DNA of 64,000 bases from a virus. Shown piece after piece: positions 61,414 to 64,000 of the stretch. How positions within the stretch are numbered: position 1 is the first letter of the stretch; each line of letters starts with the position of its first letter. Where the stretch lies: positions 32,001-96,000 of the IMG/VR virus record IMGVR_UViG_3300033156_000775; one strand, 5' to 3'. The position numbers and the translations under genes are program-made. The notes under the pieces were generated by a model, which ran no database searches, had not been told where the DNA came from, and worked only from the letters and a program-made list of their open reading frames with translations.

Positions 61414-62406
61414 ATGAGTAATGTTCCGAATGAATATGTAGAGAAAATAAGGAAGTGGGCTGAGAAATACGCTATACCGTTAGGAGAGCTGGAAACAGAG
61501 CTTACTGAGAACTATGCTAGTGTCACAGAGGAGCATCCTAGCTACTCTGATGGTAGAAAGTGGAAAATAGCCTACAAGAGGCTAAGGGCTAGGATAATCA
61601 GTGAAGAGGAAGCTCCATTCAGTCCAGCTGTCATGTACACAGCCATGTTCTGTGGAGCTGAGAAGCTTAAGAACTCTATAGACCAGAAGAAAGCCAGGAT
61701 ACTAAGAATGTCCAAGGCAGATCAGCTAAGATACCATCCGGACGAGGACACATGGATAGATCCTAACACTGGAGAGGCCATAGATGACAGCACACCAGTA
61801 TGGGTAAGGACATTCTATGGTATAGGTAATGCAGGTGGAGACCTAGATCCGGCTAGAGCTGCATTCCTAAAGCTAGAGGCATGGAGAGACCAAGCACAAT
61901 CAATTGAATATGATCCATATACTGTCTATAAGTTCAGAGCTGTAAGTAAAGCTCAGAAGGCATCTAAGGATTGGTATTTAGGGGCTACCACAGCCACCAA
62001 GCTAAGACCCCATTCTAAACAGCTAGGTGAAGAAGAGCTAGTAGATTTCCTAACAAAGCTAGTGGAGAACCGTCAGCTGAAGCTCTTCAAGAGCAAAAGG
62101 GACATATTGACACTAGCTAAGACATGGGAAGGCTTCCAGGATCCAGTGTTCATTGAAGCTGAGGTTGGAAGGATAAGGATGAGGGAGAACAGTGACTCCA
62201 ATGTGGTGGATCTACTGGACATTGATGAGGAGGGAGGAGCCATTATGCAGGCATATGTACCTAAGTATCTGGAGATAGACTTCACTGAGGGACAGGATGT
62301 GCTGTTCCTAGCTACATTTGGAGAGATAACATTCCGTACTGGGAGGTCTAGGCTAGCAGCGTTTGTACGTGGATTCATCAGTCTACCAGAGGGAATTGAG
62401 ATATAG
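61414..62406 (+). CDS. Putative OB-fold ssDNA-binding protein
   Basis: Helical N-terminus followed by beta-rich OB-like repeats; acidic; located in the replication region. Confidence 0.4.
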   Translation: MSNVPNEYVEKIRKWAEKYAIPLGELETELTENYASVTEEHPSYSDGRKWKIAYKRLRARIISEEEAPFSPAVMYTAMFCGAEKLKNSIDQKKARILRMSKADQLRYHPDEDTWIDPNTGEAIDDSTPVWVRTFYGIGNAGGDLDPARAAFLKLEAWRDQAQSIEYDPYTVYKFRAVSKAQKASKDWYLGATTATKLRPHSKQLGEEELVDFLTKLVENRQLKLFKSKRDILTLAKTWEGFQDPVFIEAEVGRIRMRENSDSNVVDLLDIDEEGGAIMQAYVPKYLEIDFTEGQDVLFLATFGEITFRTGRSRLAAFVRGFISLPEGIEI

Positions 62407-62622
62407 TGTAGTCCGGACTACACAATATGGAGGAGAGATGTTGAGTACACCTGAAAAATGTCCACTGATCAAAACATGTAAAGAGAAGGTACCCAAAGAC
62501 ATCTTTGAAGACATATGTATGACTCCTGGATGGATTTACTGTGAAAGTGCAGTTGAGGAAGCTAAGAAACACTTCAAGCTCCCTAGAGAATGGATGAAAG
62601 AGTATGAGGAGGAGATGGAGTA

Positions 62623-63681
62623 ATGGAAGTGAAGGATATATTAAGTGATCTTATCACTGAAGTTACATTGTACTTTGGAGAGCCCTGGAGATACAAGAAC
62701 ACTGAGGGAGTTATCCTCCCAATAATAGCTAGGGCTTCATGGGAAAGGAACTATGTCCTACTTTCGGAGGTACAGGACCAGGTTAAGATAACTGACACTG
62801 GAAGCATCAGTAAGCTAAATGTAGAGAACAGCTCTGACAAGAATGTCCTCATTAGAACTGGAGAAATGTTAAAAGGGGCTTCAACTCAGCCAAGGACATT
62901 CCAGCGTTCAGCTGTCATAGCTCCTAACAAGAAGAGCCTCATAGACGTAAGATGTATTCAAGCTTCACACCCAATATTGCCTAGTAGCAGATTCACAGCT
63001 ACTGGATGGTATACTCCTAAAGAGGTCAATGAAGTCCTACTGTCTTCTTATTATACTCATAATAGGCAGGGTGCTGTATGGCAATGCATCAACAGTATCA
63101 GCACTACATATCATGCATTAGTGTCAGCATCAAGTCCAGAGCTAGCTACTTCTCTTAGCTACACAGATTCTCTGATAGATGCTCAGAGGACTTTGGAGTC
63201 TGGACTCAAAGTGCTAAGTGAAATGATTAGCCATGTCCCCATACATTCCAAGCAGGTAGGAGCTGTATTCTTCAAGGGAAACAAACTACTAGGGCTAGAG
63301 ATGTTTGACAGTCCAGATTCATGGAATGCTTCGTATGAAGCTGCTATCAAGAAGTATGGTTACAACCTAACAAGCCCAGTGGATGAGTCAGTGCTAGATG
63401 TCAAAGTTAGAGCTGAAGTTGTAAAGAAGAAGGCTAAGGAGTTCATTAGGAAAATCATTGAATCCAAGATACATGACAAGGTAGAAACTGGGCTCTATGA
63501 GTCCGCAATATTGGAGAGCAAGGATATAGTTGGTGAATATGTAAGGATGGACGACAGAGTAATCTATTTAGTGGCATTAGCAAAGGATCCTAGCCAAAAG
63601 CCTCCTAGCACCAGGACTTTTCCATCAACACAGACAATTACGTTTCCTGATGTGACATTCACAGGCTGGAGTGTGGAATGA
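62623..63681 (+). CDS. ARPP-1/DUF6569-like protein
   Basis: L.VEN....VLI..GEMLKGA..Q.R....S..I......IDVRCI; QGAVW; QVG......GLEMFDSP. Confidence 0.6.
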   Translation: MEVKDILSDLITEVTLYFGEPWRYKNTEGVILPIIARASWERNYVLLSEVQDQVKITDTGSISKLNVENSSDKNVLIRTGEMLKGASTQPRTFQRSAVIAPNKKSLIDVRCIQASHPILPSSRFTATGWYTPKEVNEVLLSSYYTHNRQGAVWQCINSISTTYHALVSASSPELATSLSYTDSLIDAQRTLESGLKVLSEMISHVPIHSKQVGAVFFKGNKLLGLEMFDSPDSWNASYEAAIKKYGYNLTSPVDESVLDVKVRAEVVKKKAKEFIRKIIESKIHDKVETGLYESAILESKDIVGEYVRMDDRVIYLVALAKDPSQKPPSTRTFPSTQTITFPDVTFTGWSVE

Positions 63682-64000
63682 AATTGGTTGACTTTAGGGA
63701 AAGGTTGAAATGGGTTACACCTGGAGAATGGGAGCTAATAAAGATCCCAGTAGAGGACATCAGGGGAATATCAAAGTTTAATGTTAGACAGATAGCTCCT
63801 GAGATGGAGATAGACATTCTAGCTAAATCCCTTAAAGTATCTGGGATCAACATAGTCCCAGTTGTCCTTGATGAGAACAATGAGGTCATAGCTGGTGGAC
63901 GTAGATACATGGCTGCTAAACGTGCAGGGATAAAGGAGCTATTTGCCATTAGGAAACCTATGAATGAGAAGGAAAAGCTAGTATACTCGATGATTGAGAA
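63678..64000 (+). CDS. ParB/Srx-family N-terminal domain protein (truncated by the window edge)
   Basis: Not in the ORF track; translated by hand as MKLVDF..KFNVRQ..LAKSLKVSGINIVPVVLDENNEVIAGGRRYMAAKRAGIKE..YSMIE, with the ParB GxxR box. Confidence 0.85.
   Translation, partial: MKLVDFRERLKWVTPGEWELIKIPVEDIRGISKFNVRQIAPEMEIDILAKSLKVSGINIVPVVLDENNEVIAGGRRYMAAKRAGIKELFAIRKPMNEKEKLVYSMIE

Larger units (their letters stand above)
1258..62422. repeat. Dispersed 16-bp perfect palindrome TGTAGTCCGGACTACA (often extended to GTGTAGTCCGGACTACAC)
   Basis: Exact copies start at 1258, 4589, 5812, 8813, 23002, 24843, 29837, 32579, 32700, 36533, 42257, 48235, 51061, 53749, 56572, 56862, 59485 and 62407. 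One-mismatch copies at 11651, 16544, 22841, 23409, 35906 and 45820. Two-mismatch copies at 27903 and 34724. Counted by eye. Confidence 0.97.

Noticed and set aside
1258-62422. Palindrome as a CRISPR repeat, MITE or intrinsic terminator
   Set aside because: Copies are kilobases apart, have no loop, U-tract or target-site duplication, and many lie in frame inside genes.

Overview
A 64-kb segment of a large tailed dsDNA virus (Caudoviricetes, siphovirus-like, no sheath gene seen). The host is most likely an archaeon, judging from TATA-like promoters, GGAGG ribosome-binding sites, an ATP-dependent DNA ligase, an XPF/ERCC4 nuclease, a KaiC/RadA-like ATPase and three inteins. Bases 1-18.8 kb hold the morphogenesis genes: HK97-type capsid, head-tail proteins, tail tube, chaperone with a -1 frameshift, tape measure, tail tip, fibre and terminase. 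Bases 19-64 kb hold accessory, replication and nucleotide-metabolism genes (NrdD/NrdG, ligase, methyltransferases, DHH, XPF, ParB-like). Four things stand out. (1) An array of six Y-RNA-like ncRNAs shares one scaffold (outer helix, GGAGCT-TACA, variable cargo, AGCTCC, outer helix); three carry circularly permuted tRNA mimics, and the array lies directly upstream of a TROVE/Ro60-like vWA gene, interleaved with small genes ending in Gly. (2) There is a complete viral ubiquitin-like operon (Ubl, E2, E1, JAB). (3) A 16-bp perfect palindrome, TGTAGTCCGGACTACA, is dispersed in at least 18 exact copies plus about 8 variants, inside and between genes, and a ParB-like gene starts at the right edge. (4) RNA-repair-type enzymes lie nearby. 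Several genes carry frameshifts or short deletions that may be assembly errors. All calls are by eye from motifs; no database searches were run.
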